Shown piece after piece: positions 46,518-55,002 of a DNA stretch of 64,000 bases. Position 1 is the stretch's first letter; each line of letters opens with the position of its first letter. Under the pieces are notes generated by a model. It saw only the letters and a program-made list of their open reading frames with translations. It was not told the origin of the DNA and made no database searches. The position numbers and the translations under genes were made by a program. This DNA is from a virus. The stretch is from positions 1 to 64,000 of IMG/VR virus record IMGVR_UViG_3300028177_000003; one strand, given 5' to 3'.

Positions 46518-46910
46518 ATGTCCAAGTCTCTCACTGCCTCAGATCGCTCTGCCCTCATCAAGCTGGCCCACTCCTTGGAGAAGGGCTCGGACGAGAGGAA
46601 GGCGATCCTGGCTGGCTTGAAGAAGGCTTCGTTTGCAGCCACCCGACCCCCTACTTCCGAGGAGATGGAGGACCTTGGACCCAAGGCTCGCCGCGCTCTG
46701 GAAAGCTATCTGGGACGCAACTTCCGGATCACGAACGATCCGCGAAACGCCGATCAGGTTGACTTCGTTGAGGACAACCCCAGGGCTCCCGGCTCCTTCA
46801 AGGAAGATGGGGTGGTGTGGACCTTCGGCAGCGACATGGATTCAGGTAAGAGCGCAGTCCAGGCTGAGTCCAAGGTCGGATACGGCACCTGGTACTTCCT
46901 GGAGCGGTAG
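46518..46910 (+). CDS. Hypothetical protein with shared 36-aa N-terminal leader
   Basis: N-terminus paralogous to that of 45859-46245; unrelated C-terminus. Confidence 0.7.
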   Translation: MSKSLTASDRSALIKLAHSLEKGSDERKAILAGLKKASFAATRPPTSEEMEDLGPKARRALESYLGRNFRITNDPRNADQVDFVEDNPRAPGSFKEDGVVWTFGSDMDSGKSAVQAESKVGYGTWYFLER

Positions 46911-46911
46911 T

Positions 46912-47599
46912 CTACGCCCACAAAGCGTCTACACCGCCTCGCAGGTAGCTCTTCGCTGAGGTCTTCTTCCCGGTGACGTGGTCTACGACCTGACCCGCTT
47001 GTAGACGGATTGTGCGACGCTTGTCTGCACGCTGTCCGCTACCCACCTGGCCCTTTCGCTTCTTGTTGTGGGCCTTGCTCCGTTTCTGAGCCTCGGCCTC
47101 CTGCAAACGGATGCGAAGTAGCGTAAGAGCCGACTCCCGGTTCTGGTTCTGGGAGCGCTCCGACTCGACGCGGATCATGATGCCGCTCGGTTTGTGTGTT
47201 AGCTGCACTGCCGAGTCGGTTGTGTTCCGGTGTTGCCCTCCCGCACCCGAGCCCCGACAGGTCTTCACCTCGAGGTCCTTCGAGTGAATACGCACCTCAG
47301 ACTCCGCAGGCTCCTGCAACACAGCCACCGTGATAGTGGAGGTGTGAACACGACCGCGTTTCTCGGTAGGAGGCACCCGTTGCCAGCGGTGCCCTCCGGC
47401 TTCATGTCGAAATGCCCGCGCAGCGTCCTTGCCTGTAACCTTGAAGGCGAGGTAGCCGGGGCGGTCGTCTAAGACCTGGAGAGAGAAGTCAAAGGGACCC
47501 CCGAGCCTCGAACTTGCGGTACACGTTGAACTGCTCGTAGACGAGCTGCTTTGCGTCCTGACCGCCTTCGGCGGCTCGGATTTCGACAATAGTGGTCAT
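46912..47599 (-). CDS. Class I peptide release factor homolog (RF1-type PxT, GGQ, lacking domain 1), expressed via +1 programmed frameshift
   Basis: ORF0 MTTIVEIRAAEGGQDAK...RGSL* (47599-47489) and the +1 frame DFSL...EAGGHRWQRVPPTEKRGRVHTST...GAGGQHRN...ERSQ..N are joined at GGGGG TCC CTT TGA C; predicted product 228 aa. Confidence 0.88.
47488..47502 (-). promoter_or_regulatory. prfB-type +1 ribosomal frameshift cassette
   Basis: Minus strand reads GGGGG-TCC-CTT-TGA-C: internal SD-like run, 3-nt spacer, slippery CTT-T and weak stop UGA-C. Confidence 0.88.
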
Positions 47600-47657
47600 T
47601 AGAGCACCTGTTGCTCGAGTTGCCGGGGCGAAGACTAAGGAGGGTGGCTGGACCCCT

Positions 47658-47840
47658 TTAGTTGTTTTCCTCTGAGTTCGGACCCCCAAGACGCAAAGCC
47701 CTGAAGAGAAGTTCCCAGAGCTCGGCTGGGATAGGTTCCCCTCGGGCAACGCGGCCCAGGACGTAGATCAGAGTCTCTCTACCAGCAGGGAGGTTGAGAT
47801 TCCTCTTCTCAACCCAGTCTGCCACAGAAGAAGCCTGCAT
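47658..47840 (-). CDS. Hypothetical protein
   Basis: 60 aa; RBS GGAGGTG. Confidence 0.5.
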   Translation of the reverse strand: MQASSVADWVEKRNLNLPAGRETLIYVLGRVARGEPIPAELWELLFRALRLGGPNSEENN

Positions 47841-47941
47841 GCGGCACCTCCGCCCCTATGATAAGGCGGAAACCCTACAGAGTAAACTCTTCCCCGACTT
47901 TTATTTCGGGCGGGCTTTTCCGACCGCGACTATCGGGAGTA

Positions 47942-48142
47942 TTACTCCCGGTCAGCTTCAGCAGCCTTCCGCTCAGTGATGACCTGGGCGCGAAGTGTCT
48001 TCAACGCCTCCTGCGCAGCGGTTGCCGCCTTCCGAACACGGGTGCCCGGAGCCCCAACCTTGCCCTTGTCGCACTTCTCTGCGTCGGCGCGAGCCTCGGT
48101 GAGCTGGGCGATGATGGAGTCCAGGGATTCTGAGATTGACAT
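47942..48142 (-). CDS. Histone H1-like Hc1 family nucleoprotein
   Basis: ADAEKCDKGKVGAPGTRVRKA...LKTLRAQV resembles the Hc1 pattern (D..K..KGN.AAG.R.RK); RBS GAGG. Confidence 0.7.
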   Translation of the reverse strand: MSISESLDSIIAQLTEARADAEKCDKGKVGAPGTRVRKAATAAQEALKTLRAQVITERKAAEADRE

Positions 48143-48149
48143 GGGTTCC

Positions 48150-48440
48150 TCATGATTCGCCCGCTGAATCGCGGGCCGCGATGTGTTTGATGGCTTCGGC
48201 TATCTGGTCTTGGGTTTCAAGAAGCTCCCGAAGCCCCATAGAACGAATACCCGAGAAGACCCTTTCGCTAAACACCAGGACGAAAGTTTTGCTGTCCCCG
48301 GTGAACTCGCCGAGAGAGTTCACTACTGCCCGAATGTCGCTATCGCGGGCCGAGTCCTTGACAGTGATAACCATCAGGTCTCCCTGAACCAGCCGCTGCT
48401 TGAGAGTGTCTACTATGATAGACGGATTCCGGTCTGGCAT
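48150..48440 (-). CDS. Hypothetical protein
   Basis: 96 aa in the gene chain. Confidence 0.5.
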   Translation of the reverse strand: MPDRNPSIIVDTLKQRLVQGDLMVITVKDSARDSDIRAVVNSLGEFTGDSKTFVLVFSERVFSGIRSMGLRELLETQDQIAEAIKHIAARDSAGES

Positions 48441-49189
48441 GAACGGGCCTTCTTGAATGCGTGACGCAGCGCCTTCCGGTCTCGGTAGTCCGAGATCATG
48501 CCTGCGGCCAGAAGTTCCTCCTGCATGAGCATGAGGTACTTGAACGAGACGCCGTCTGGGGCTTCAACTGGGATGTCACCCCTGGCCGACACCGCTGTGT
48601 CGCGATTGGTGATGTCGTCGGGCGCTGCCGCGAACTGGGTGATCTGGGTCTCCAGGTAGAAGCCCTTCTCGGGATGCGGAAAGGCCATCACTGGGCAGTC
48701 CACGTGTGTAACCATAGCCAGCGACTGCTGGGAGAGATGCCTGGAGAACTCAGCCAGGTCTGCGTTGATGGTGTCCTGGAGTTCCCCTGCAGCCATGTAG
48801 AAGGCGATGTGCGGATCCTCTCCTGGGGCTACCGGGCAGTTCACCTGGTAGGTGTATGCCTGTCCTGTAGGGCACCAGGTGTCGTCGGGAGGGGGAGCAC
48901 TCACCACTACCTCGTCCCGTCTAAGGTAGGGGGCTGGACGCCGACCCCTTCGAGGGTTGCGCAAGTGAAGGACAGAGACCGTGTCCCCACTAACCCTTGA
49001 TGCCTCCACCTTGCTTAGAAAGCTGGCGCGACCCTGACTCGCCAGTCGAGCCCCCGTGCCCGGAGCGAACACGTAGTGCTCGGGGCCGAAGAGACTCACG
49101 TCTGAAGTGAACAACCCGGAAGGGTTCACCGCAGCGACCGCTCCCCCGATGCCCAGTAGCTGAAGAAAGCCTCTTCGGGTGGTGTCCAT
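48413..49189 (-). CDS. Protein with twin-arginine (Tat) signal-like N-terminus
   Basis: MDTTRRGFLQLLGIGGAVAAV; RBS GGAGAG before ATG 49189. Confidence 0.6.
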   Translation of the reverse strand: MDTTRRGFLQLLGIGGAVAAVNPSGLFTSDVSLFGPEHYVFAPGTGARLASQGRASFLSKVEASRVSGDTVSVLHLRNPRRGRRPAPYLRRDEVVVSAPPPDDTWCPTGQAYTYQVNCPVAPGEDPHIAFYMAAGELQDTINADLAEFSRHLSQQSLAMVTHVDCPVMAFPHPEKGFYLETQITQFAAAPDDITNRDTAVSARGDIPVEAPDGVSFKYLMLMQEELLAAGMISDYRDRKALRHAFKKARSCQTGIRLS

Positions 49190-49213
49190 TTTCTCTCCTT
49201 CCACCACTCTACC

Positions 49214-49429
49214 CTACCGGGCGGGGTTCGGGTCCTTCCGGATGTCTGCGGCGTAGCGGAGACACGCCTTTCCGAGCTTCTCCAGCTCGGCGGCGGTCAT
49301 GCAGTTGTCCTTCCCTCGGACGGTCAACAGTGCAGTGCGGGGATACTCGTCGCTCTGGGAACGGGAACACAATGTCAGCATGAGACTGCCTTCCCCCTCC
49401 GCGAAGTCAATCGACAGGTTCTTCGCCAT
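49214..49429 (-). CDS. Hypothetical protein
   Basis: Likely start MAKNLS at 49429. Confidence 0.45.
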   Translation of the reverse strand: MAKNLSIDFAEGEGSLMLTLCSRSQSDEYPRTALLTVRGKDNCMTAAELEKLGKACLRYAADIRKDPNPAR

Positions 49430-50270
49430 CGGCCTTCTCCCCGTGGTTGTGCAGGTCGTCCTCGACACGCACCAGGTTGTCCATGTGGGCCAGCCGTGCC
49501 AGGTCGTTGGCCAGGGCGCGCACGTGCAAGATCATGTGCTGCATCTCATGGTAGGTCTCGGGAGGTCGCAAGGACTTGTTGTCCTCGCCGCGACGCATCT
49601 TCTCCAGATCGCGTACAGCCAGGTTGAAGGCGAAGGTCTCCTTCCCCCAGAGAGCCTCCATGTACGCAACCTGCTCATCCTGGAACTCTTCCTCCGTCCG
49701 AATGCGGTGGGCGTCCAGGGACACGATCTTGTTGCTTGCGTCGGGCAACGGGGCGTCCGGTACGCCCCCCTTGTGCATCTTCTCGTAGAGATCGGGGAGA
49801 AGGATGGACACTGCAGTGAGAAGCGAGGACTGAGCTTCAGCCAGTCTTCCCAGGTCCACGGCCACGGGGGCCCCGAAGGGCTCGCTGCCTTCGGTGTCCG
49901 GGATGTCGTCGGACGGGGTGTCGTAGCGTCGGCTCCACATCTCAGTGAGGGCGCAAAACGCTCGGGTCAGGTTCTCCCGCAGTCGGGTGTTGCTGTCCGC
50001 ATCCCGGGCTGTATGTAGAGCGGAGGCCAGAGCACATCCTTGCCGATGTCCTACATCATCCTTGGTGTCCTCGTGCACATTGAGTTCAAGGTATCCCGAG
50101 AACTTGTCCCCTACCGCCACGGTCTCAGGACATTCCTTGAGCCCCTTGCATCGGGGGCAGGCAGGAAGGTGAGCCCCTGGGTCGGTGTCCGTGTCTTCCA
50201 GGTAGACCTCGGCGGACCCGCTCCACTCCAGACCTTCCAGCAGTTCAACAATAGAGGTAGCGTCCATCAT
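49407..50270 (-). CDS. Hypothetical protein
   Basis: 287 aa; CPRC...H..GC motif; ATGA overlap. Confidence 0.6.
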   Translation of the reverse strand: MMDATSIVELLEGLEWSGSAEVYLEDTDTDPGAHLPACPRCKGLKECPETVAVGDKFSGYLELNVHEDTKDDVGHRQGCALASALHTARDADSNTRLRENLTRAFCALTEMWSRRYDTPSDDIPDTEGSEPFGAPVAVDLGRLAEAQSSLLTAVSILLPDLYEKMHKGGVPDAPLPDASNKIVSLDAHRIRTEEEFQDEQVAYMEALWGKETFAFNLAVRDLEKMRRGEDNKSLRPPETYHEMQHMILHVRALANDLARLAHMDNLVRVEDDLHNHGEKADGEEPVD

Positions 50271-50578
50271 AGGTTTCCTCGGAAGTCGTCCGGCAAAGGT
50301 GCTCGGGACAAGATGTCTCCGTCGCTGTTCGTAATCACGGCAACGTTGACCTTCGCCGCGTAAGCTCGGGAAGCGAACACATTCACTCCGTCCAGGATGG
50401 TCTCCCGAACGAAGATCAACTCAGGCAAGCCCGAGTATTCGCGGAGAGCCTCTTCAGTTGCGTCCAGCCCGTAGTGCTTCCTGCCCATGGAGTGAACCCC
50501 CTTGGTGGTGCGGTACAGCCAGAGACTACCGTGCAGGCTCTGGTCAACGCCCTCTCCGAAGAAGTCGAGTGTGCTCAC
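50267..50578 (-). CDS. Hypothetical protein
   Basis: 103 aa; GTGA overlap. Confidence 0.5.
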   Translation of the reverse strand: MSTLDFFGEGVDQSLHGSLWLYRTTKGVHSMGRKHYGLDATEEALREYSGLPELIFVRETILDGVNVFASRAYAAKVNVAVITNSDGDILSRAPLPDDFRGNL

Positions 50579-50880
50579 TTCTTGCTGAAGACGAAGTACG
50601 CCTTGTAGGATTCGTTGTACCCAGGCTTGTCGTACTGGACCTTCCAGCCCAGCTCGCGGTAGAAGTCCTCCACGTCCATATAGTGAAGGGAGTAGACCGC
50701 CTCGCGAGAGATTCCCAGGGCAGCGGCGACGCGGGAAACCGCTTCGTTCTGCACAACCCGGGAACTGGAACCGCTCCAGTTCTCCGCAATCATTGCGTTG
50801 AAGACCCCTATGACCTCATCAGGGAGGTTGAGAACCTTCTCGCGGACTACCGTGTAGGGGGTGATGCCTTTGACTGACAT
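50575..50880 (-). CDS. Hypothetical phage protein
   Basis: 101 aa; DVEDFYRELGWKVQYDKPGYNESY; RBS GGAGG. Confidence 0.65.
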   Translation of the reverse strand: MSVKGITPYTVVREKVLNLPDEVIGVFNAMIAENWSGSSSRVVQNEAVSRVAAALGISREAVYSLHYMDVEDFYRELGWKVQYDKPGYNESYKAYFVFSKK

Positions 50881-50924
50881 GGGAGCCTCCGAGAGGCTCT
50901 ACCGCGACAGGCCTTCGCTGCCCC

Positions 50925-51506
50925 CTACTCCCCGTTGTTCTTGGTAGCCCTGGCTGCCTTCTGCGCTGTGTCCCGACGAGCGATCGCCTCCCCGGTTCGA
51001 ACGATGCGCAGAGCCTCCTTGTCGTCGCTCTTCATCTTGGTGTTGCCCAGGTGTGTGAAGTCCCCTGTGTCCCGGTCAATCCATCTGGATGTGAGACCAA
51101 TGGCCCCAGGCTTGAGCTCCTTCACCAGCTTCGGATCCATGGCTCGGATTGCGATGTGCCAGACCATGGAGAGGGATGTGCCTGCTCCTACAGCGAGAGG
51201 CTTCTGGTCGTACTCCGTAGACTGACGCTCCTTAAACAGGAGAATACCGGAGCCAGTCCGAAGTTCCAGATCGAAGTAGTGAACCGGCACCGGGATCGCA
51301 GGCCGATTGAATGTGATTTGAAGGGGGATCGTGACGCGCAGGTCTCCGAAGGTGGCAAGGGGCTCGCGAATCACTCCCCAGCCAATGATGTGCACGTCCA
51401 GATCGCGGGCGGCGACCAGTCTCGACACTACCTCCTGCTCGTCCTCTGACATCGGGGTGTAGCCCCCGCGAGGGTTGCCGCCGCCGAAACGATTCTTGTC
51501 TTTCAC
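50925..51506 (-). CDS. Hypothetical protein
   Basis: Likely GTG start at 51506 ([10 protein letters not shown]) overlapping the upstream TGA. Confidence 0.6.
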   Translation of the reverse strand: MKDKNRFGGGNPRGGYTPMSEDEQEVVSRLVAARDLDVHIIGWGVIREPLATFGDLRVTIPLQITFNRPAIPVPVHYFDLELRTGSGILLFKERQSTEYDQKPLAVGAGTSLSMVWHIAIRAMDPKLVKELKPGAIGLTSRWIDRDTGDFTHLGNTKMKSDDKEALRIVRTGEAIARRDTAQKAARATKNNGE

Positions 51507-51937
51507 AGCCGACTCCGAAGAGGTCTGACCCAGCACGCTCGGGCGCGGTTGCGGCCAGGTTTGTGTCCCGAATAGAACTTGATCTGCGCTCCCACGGAGG
51601 GCACCCAGGGTTCCAGAAGATCGCTTGCGTGGAAGAACAAGATCTGCTCTGATTCTGCCAGGTTGGCGAAGCCCCACCCCTTGTCTGGGTCAAAGGACTG
51701 CACCCTGCCTAATAGGAGGGAGGGACAGACAGTCCGAGATACCCTTCGCGCTTGAGGAAGGTTCCCGCCGGACCTGGTGCCCAGACCCTCTACCTCTACC
51801 TCCTCCCCCAGAATGGGAGGAGGGCCCCCAGGGGTGAGGCGACAGAAGTCCCCCGCCTGGAAGTAGACCGATCTCCCCGAATGCACAGCAAACCCGTAGT
51901 GCTTCGCCTGCACATAGAGAGAGATTTCCCCCTTCAC
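51503..51937 (-). CDS. Tandem cold-shock domain protein
   Basis: KGEI..Y...KHYGF..VYF and [14 protein letters not shown]...LFFHASDL. Confidence 0.75.
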   Translation of the reverse strand: MKGEISLYVQAKHYGFAVHSGRSVYFQAGDFCRLTPGGPPPILGEEVEVEGLGTRSGGNLPQARRVSRTVCPSLLLGRVQSFDPDKGWGFANLAESEQILFFHASDLLEPWVPSVGAQIKFYSGHKPGRNRARACWVRPLRSRL

Positions 51938-52392
51938 TGCAAAAGGGCGATGCGGTCCGAGATCGCGTTCTTGGCGCCCTTGCGGTCCTTTCCGCTCGTG
52001 GAGCCTTCAGCGTACAGAAGCTCCTTGAGAAAGTTGTCGTACTCACCTGTGGCCAGGGCTGCGACCAGTTCGGCGTTCGTACCGTCCAAGACCTCCACGG
52101 GGATCGTCTTGGCCTTCTCCGCAACCTCAGGCTCCGGCTCAGGCTCGGGAGTGGGCTCCGGCTCAGGCTCGGGAGTGGGCTCCGGCTCGGGCTCGGGAGT
52201 GGGCTCGGGCTCCGGCTCGGGGGTGGGCTCAGGCTCAGGTTCGGGCTCGGGAGTGGGCTCGGGCTCCGCCAGTGCTGCGCGCAAGGCTGCGCGAGCTTCG
52301 ATTTCAGCCAGTGCGGCAGCCTCCGCCTTGAGGCGGTCTCGCTTCTGGTGGAGGGCTGGACTGATGCGAACTACGCGCTTGCGGCTGGCCAT
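51934..52392 (-). CDS. Protein with a Pro-Glu-Thr repeat linker
   Basis: Basic N-terminus, (EP)n/PEPTPE repeats and a small helical C-domain; RBS GGAG. Confidence 0.7.
   Translation of the reverse strand: MASRKRVVRISPALHQKRDRLKAEAAALAEIEARAALRAALAEPEPTPEPEPEPEPTPEPEPEPTPEPEPEPTPEPEPEPTPEPEPEPEVAEKAKTIPVEVLDGTNAELVAALATGEYDNFLKELLYAEGSTSGKDRKGAKNAISDRIALLQ
52129..52267. repeat. Coding tandem repeat (6/24-bp units, PEPEPEPT)
   Basis: Repeated ggctcggga-gtgggctccggctca units. Confidence 0.85.
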
Positions 52393-52419
52393 ATTGATTC
52401 TCCAGGTCTGTCGCCGGGA

Positions 52420-52749
52420 TTACACTCCCGAAGTGATGCTCTTGTTTTGGACGGCGTCAAAGAAAGCAGTGTCGTCGGAGACGAGCCTCGAAGCTCGGGG
52501 GTTCCGGGCCAGAAGGGTGTCCAGACGCTCCTGGCTGTCCGCGTCCAGGTCTGGGTACAACTTGTTGTAGTCGTATCGTGCCTGGCGGGAGTGACTCAAC
52601 GCTTCCAGGATGAACTTGTCCTGCAAGATGGCAGGGTTGTCCGGATCCTTCTGAGTGACTACTCGGCCGTCAGCCATCGTGACCGTAGTGTTCGCAACGC
52701 CCTTCAAGCCGTTATTTGACCCGAACTGCCAGTACCCGAACTCAGCCAC
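52420..52749 (-). CDS. Hypothetical protein
   Basis: 109 aa; GTG start with RBS GAGG; preceded by TAG-N5-CTAT. Confidence 0.6.
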   Translation of the reverse strand: MAEFGYWQFGSNNGLKGVANTTVTMADGRVVTQKDPDNPAILQDKFILEALSHSRQARYDYNKLYPDLDADSQERLDTLLARNPRASRLVSDDTAFFDAVQNKSITSGV

Positions 52750-52791
52750 AGAAGTATCCTCTGGTAGAGTCTACCCGGCTTCATAGCGGAG

Positions 52792-53226
52792 CTACCGGAG
52801 AGTGACCCCGAGACGCTCCATAATCCGGAGCTTCTGCCGCCCCAGGTCGGAGATGTCCACCCCCTGAGCCTGGGCAGTTTCACGCAGAGTGTCCAGGCTG
52901 GGAAGCCGCTTGGTAGGCTGCGTCGGGGTTGCGTCTGTGGGAGGGGTCTCACCGTAGCCGATGAGCAAACTCACGGTGCCGTCCAGACGGACAGTAACAC
53001 AGGGAGTGCCCCTTCGGTTCTGCCCTCTCATGAGGTGGTCGGCCGTGAGCTGGATCAGTGCGTTCGAACGCACTGCCTCGTTCGCCAGACGCAGAGCTTC
53101 CTGGGCCTGGGAAACCAGCAGGCCGACTGTGGTCAAACCCTCCCCTCCCTGCACAGGGAGGGACAAAACCGCCTGCTGAACCTCATCCGCGAGTTCTATC
53201 TCAACGGACTTCAGTTTTCTTGTCAC
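52792..53226 (-). CDS. Hypothetical protein with C-terminal HeH/Rho-N-like helix pair
   Basis: PSLDTLRETAQAQGVDISDLGRQKLRIMERL; RBS GGAGG. Confidence 0.55.
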   Translation of the reverse strand: MTRKLKSVEIELADEVQQAVLSLPVQGGEGLTTVGLLVSQAQEALRLANEAVRSNALIQLTADHLMRGQNRRGTPCVTVRLDGTVSLLIGYGETPPTDATPTQPTKRLPSLDTLRETAQAQGVDISDLGRQKLRIMERLGVTLR

Positions 53227-53320
53227 GGGAACCTCCAGGAGTAGAAGTACCCGCGACTGATTTAGGGGGACCCCCTTCAGAGCAAACTACCTGGCGTTTA
53301 GTGGTTCGCGAGGGGCGACT

Positions 53321-54391
53321 TTACGAATACGAATAGTACAGGTTTACAACAGCCTGCCACTCGTAGGACCCTTCATCGTCCCACCGCACCAGGGCAACCA
53401 CCTCTCCCATGCCCCCCGGCCAGTGACTGTCCCGGTACTTTCGCGAGAGGGCTTCCCCCTCAGCTTCGGCGCGGTTCTTGGACGCGTTCGGCGAGGTGAG
53501 ACGAATGTCTGGGTTCCTGTGCCCCGGGAAGGGCAAATGGACCTGCCGATTGATTCCCTTCAGGACATCCCAGGAGGGCTTCGGGTACTGCTCCAGAGCC
53601 TGGAAGTTGGAGTTCAAATCCACCTTGATGATCGGGAGCGAGCTCGCCTTCTTGTCCTCTTCCTCGGGGTCGCCTGGCAGGACCGAGCCGCCGTCGACGG
53701 GGAGGGTCGCTCGTGAAGCATCCGAAGACAGGTTGTCGTCCTTGATCTCCCCCGGCGTCCAGACGGCCCTCTTCTCGGGAGTCGTGTGGCGCAAGCGATC
53801 CCGGTTCAACTGACGGGCCTTGAGCTTCAACTCCTGCTCTGTGTCGGCCAGGATCGGCGCTCCCTGAGCATCGACCCCCACGAAGAAGAAGATGTTCCCC
53901 CTCTTGTCCTGCAGGGTGTCTCCCTGGTCCGCGATCGGCCGAGTGCGGGGACGAGCCTCGCCGAAGAAGACATCCACCAGCTGGTAGCCTTGCTGGCTGA
54001 GCATACGGGTAGAGCCCAGTTCTCTGGGCGCCCCCAGGCCCCCCTCCAGGTAGCGGACCGAAACACGCTCAGCAGCCTCTGCAGCCCAGCGGCCATACCC
54101 GCCACCCCAGCTGGTCTGCCTGGAGGGGTTTACGACCTTGTCGCCGTTCGGGGACCTCTTGGGAGGAGGCCGAGTTCCCTCGTCGTCCGTGCTGTATCCC
54201 CCCGGATTGGAGTGGGAGCGCGACACATACTTGTCTGCGGCATTCTCCGAAGGGAACGGACCGTAGGTGGTGGCTTCGTCCCATTCCCCGTATTCGTCGG
54301 AGGCCAGGTCCACATACCACTTGCCGTTGCTGGCCTTCCAGTACTCACAGTATCTGGACCGGCTGGCAGACTTGTTCGTATCAAATGGCAT
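53321..54391 (-). CDS. Multi-module hypothetical protein (possible head-associated protein)
   Basis: 356 aa; modules separated by low-complexity linkers (AAERVSVRYLEG; EEDKKASS); preceded by TGG-N5-CTAT and RBS GAGG. Confidence 0.6.
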   Translation of the reverse strand: MPFDTNKSASRSRYCEYWKASNGKWYVDLASDEYGEWDEATTYGPFPSENAADKYVSRSHSNPGGYSTDDEGTRPPPKRSPNGDKVVNPSRQTSWGGGYGRWAAEAAERVSVRYLEGGLGAPRELGSTRMLSQQGYQLVDVFFGEARPRTRPIADQGDTLQDKRGNIFFFVGVDAQGAPILADTEQELKLKARQLNRDRLRHTTPEKRAVWTPGEIKDDNLSSDASRATLPVDGGSVLPGDPEEEDKKASSLPIIKVDLNSNFQALEQYPKPSWDVLKGINRQVHLPFPGHRNPDIRLTSPNASKNRAEAEGEALSRKYRDSHWPGGMGEVVALVRWDDEGSYEWQAVVNLYYSYS

Positions 54392-54411
54392 CTGGTAGTC
54401 CTCGTTATCCC

Positions 54412-55002
54412 TCAGAAGGGGATAGCCAGACCATTGCAGTGGTCCTCCAGCGCGCAGAAGTTACAGAGCCAGAGAAGGTTGCCTCCACTCCAGATTACCT
54501 CCTGGCCTCGCATGAAGCCTTGGCCGCACAGAGTACAGCGATCCCAGGGGGCGTGGTGGAGGTTCGGTAGGATCAAGCCCGGAGGAGGGTCGAATAGGGG
54601 AGACGGAGGCAGCAAATCCTGGTCGGAGCCTACCCGCCGCCGAGTGCCTATGCGAGGGTCCATTTCGTAGAGGAAGGGGGCGGCGTAGCGGGGAATCTCG
54701 TACTCGAGATCTTTCATCAGCGAGGTCAGCACTACCTTCAGATCTGACCGGTAGAGCTCCAGGCAGTTCACTCTCCTCTGCACTGCGAACGTGTGTCCCT
54801 CATGTCGCTGTTCCTCTCGGCGGTGTTCCTCGAGATAGCCGCACACGTAGAACTCTACTGCGTCCGCGTGGGGCAGTCGGGAAACACTCATGCTGAACCT
54901 GAGTGGGATGCACCCCTCAGGTAGACTGCCCCACCAGCTTCTCTGGAGAGCCTTCAACATCTTGCCAGTGAACTCCGGCTTGGTCAAACCCTCCAGGTTC
55001 AT
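54412..55002 (-). CDS. Hypothetical protein with C-terminal zinc finger
   Basis: CTLC...CNFC; ATGA overlap. Confidence 0.55.
   Translation of the reverse strand: MNLEGLTKPEFTGKMLKALQRSWWGSLPEGCIPLRFSMSVSRLPHADAVEFYVCGYLEEHRREEQRHEGHTFAVQRRVNCLELYRSDLKVVLTSLMKDLEYEIPRYAAPFLYEMDPRIGTRRRVGSDQDLLPPSPLFDPPPGLILPNLHHAPWDRCTLCGQGFMRGQEVIWSGGNLLWLCNFCALEDHCNGLAIPF

Larger units (their letters stand above)
45828..46625 (+). repeat. ~140-bp imperfect direct repeat (45828-45966 and 46488-46625)
   Basis: Both copies carry ccttctacggagtctcc, the RBS and the first 36 codons (…KSLTASDRS.LIKLAHSLEKGS.ERKAILAGLKK). Confidence 0.9.

Noticed and set aside
29222-50925. Looser GGTA(A/G)-type upstream elements before thg1, the Nudix gene, 30345, 33152 and 50880
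   Set aside because: They may be a relaxed promoter class, but the upstream half-site and spacing are too variable to call by eye.
52129-52267. Tandem repeats resembling a CRISPR array or VNTR
   Set aside because: There are no unique spacers; the repeats encode the PEPEPT linker in frame.
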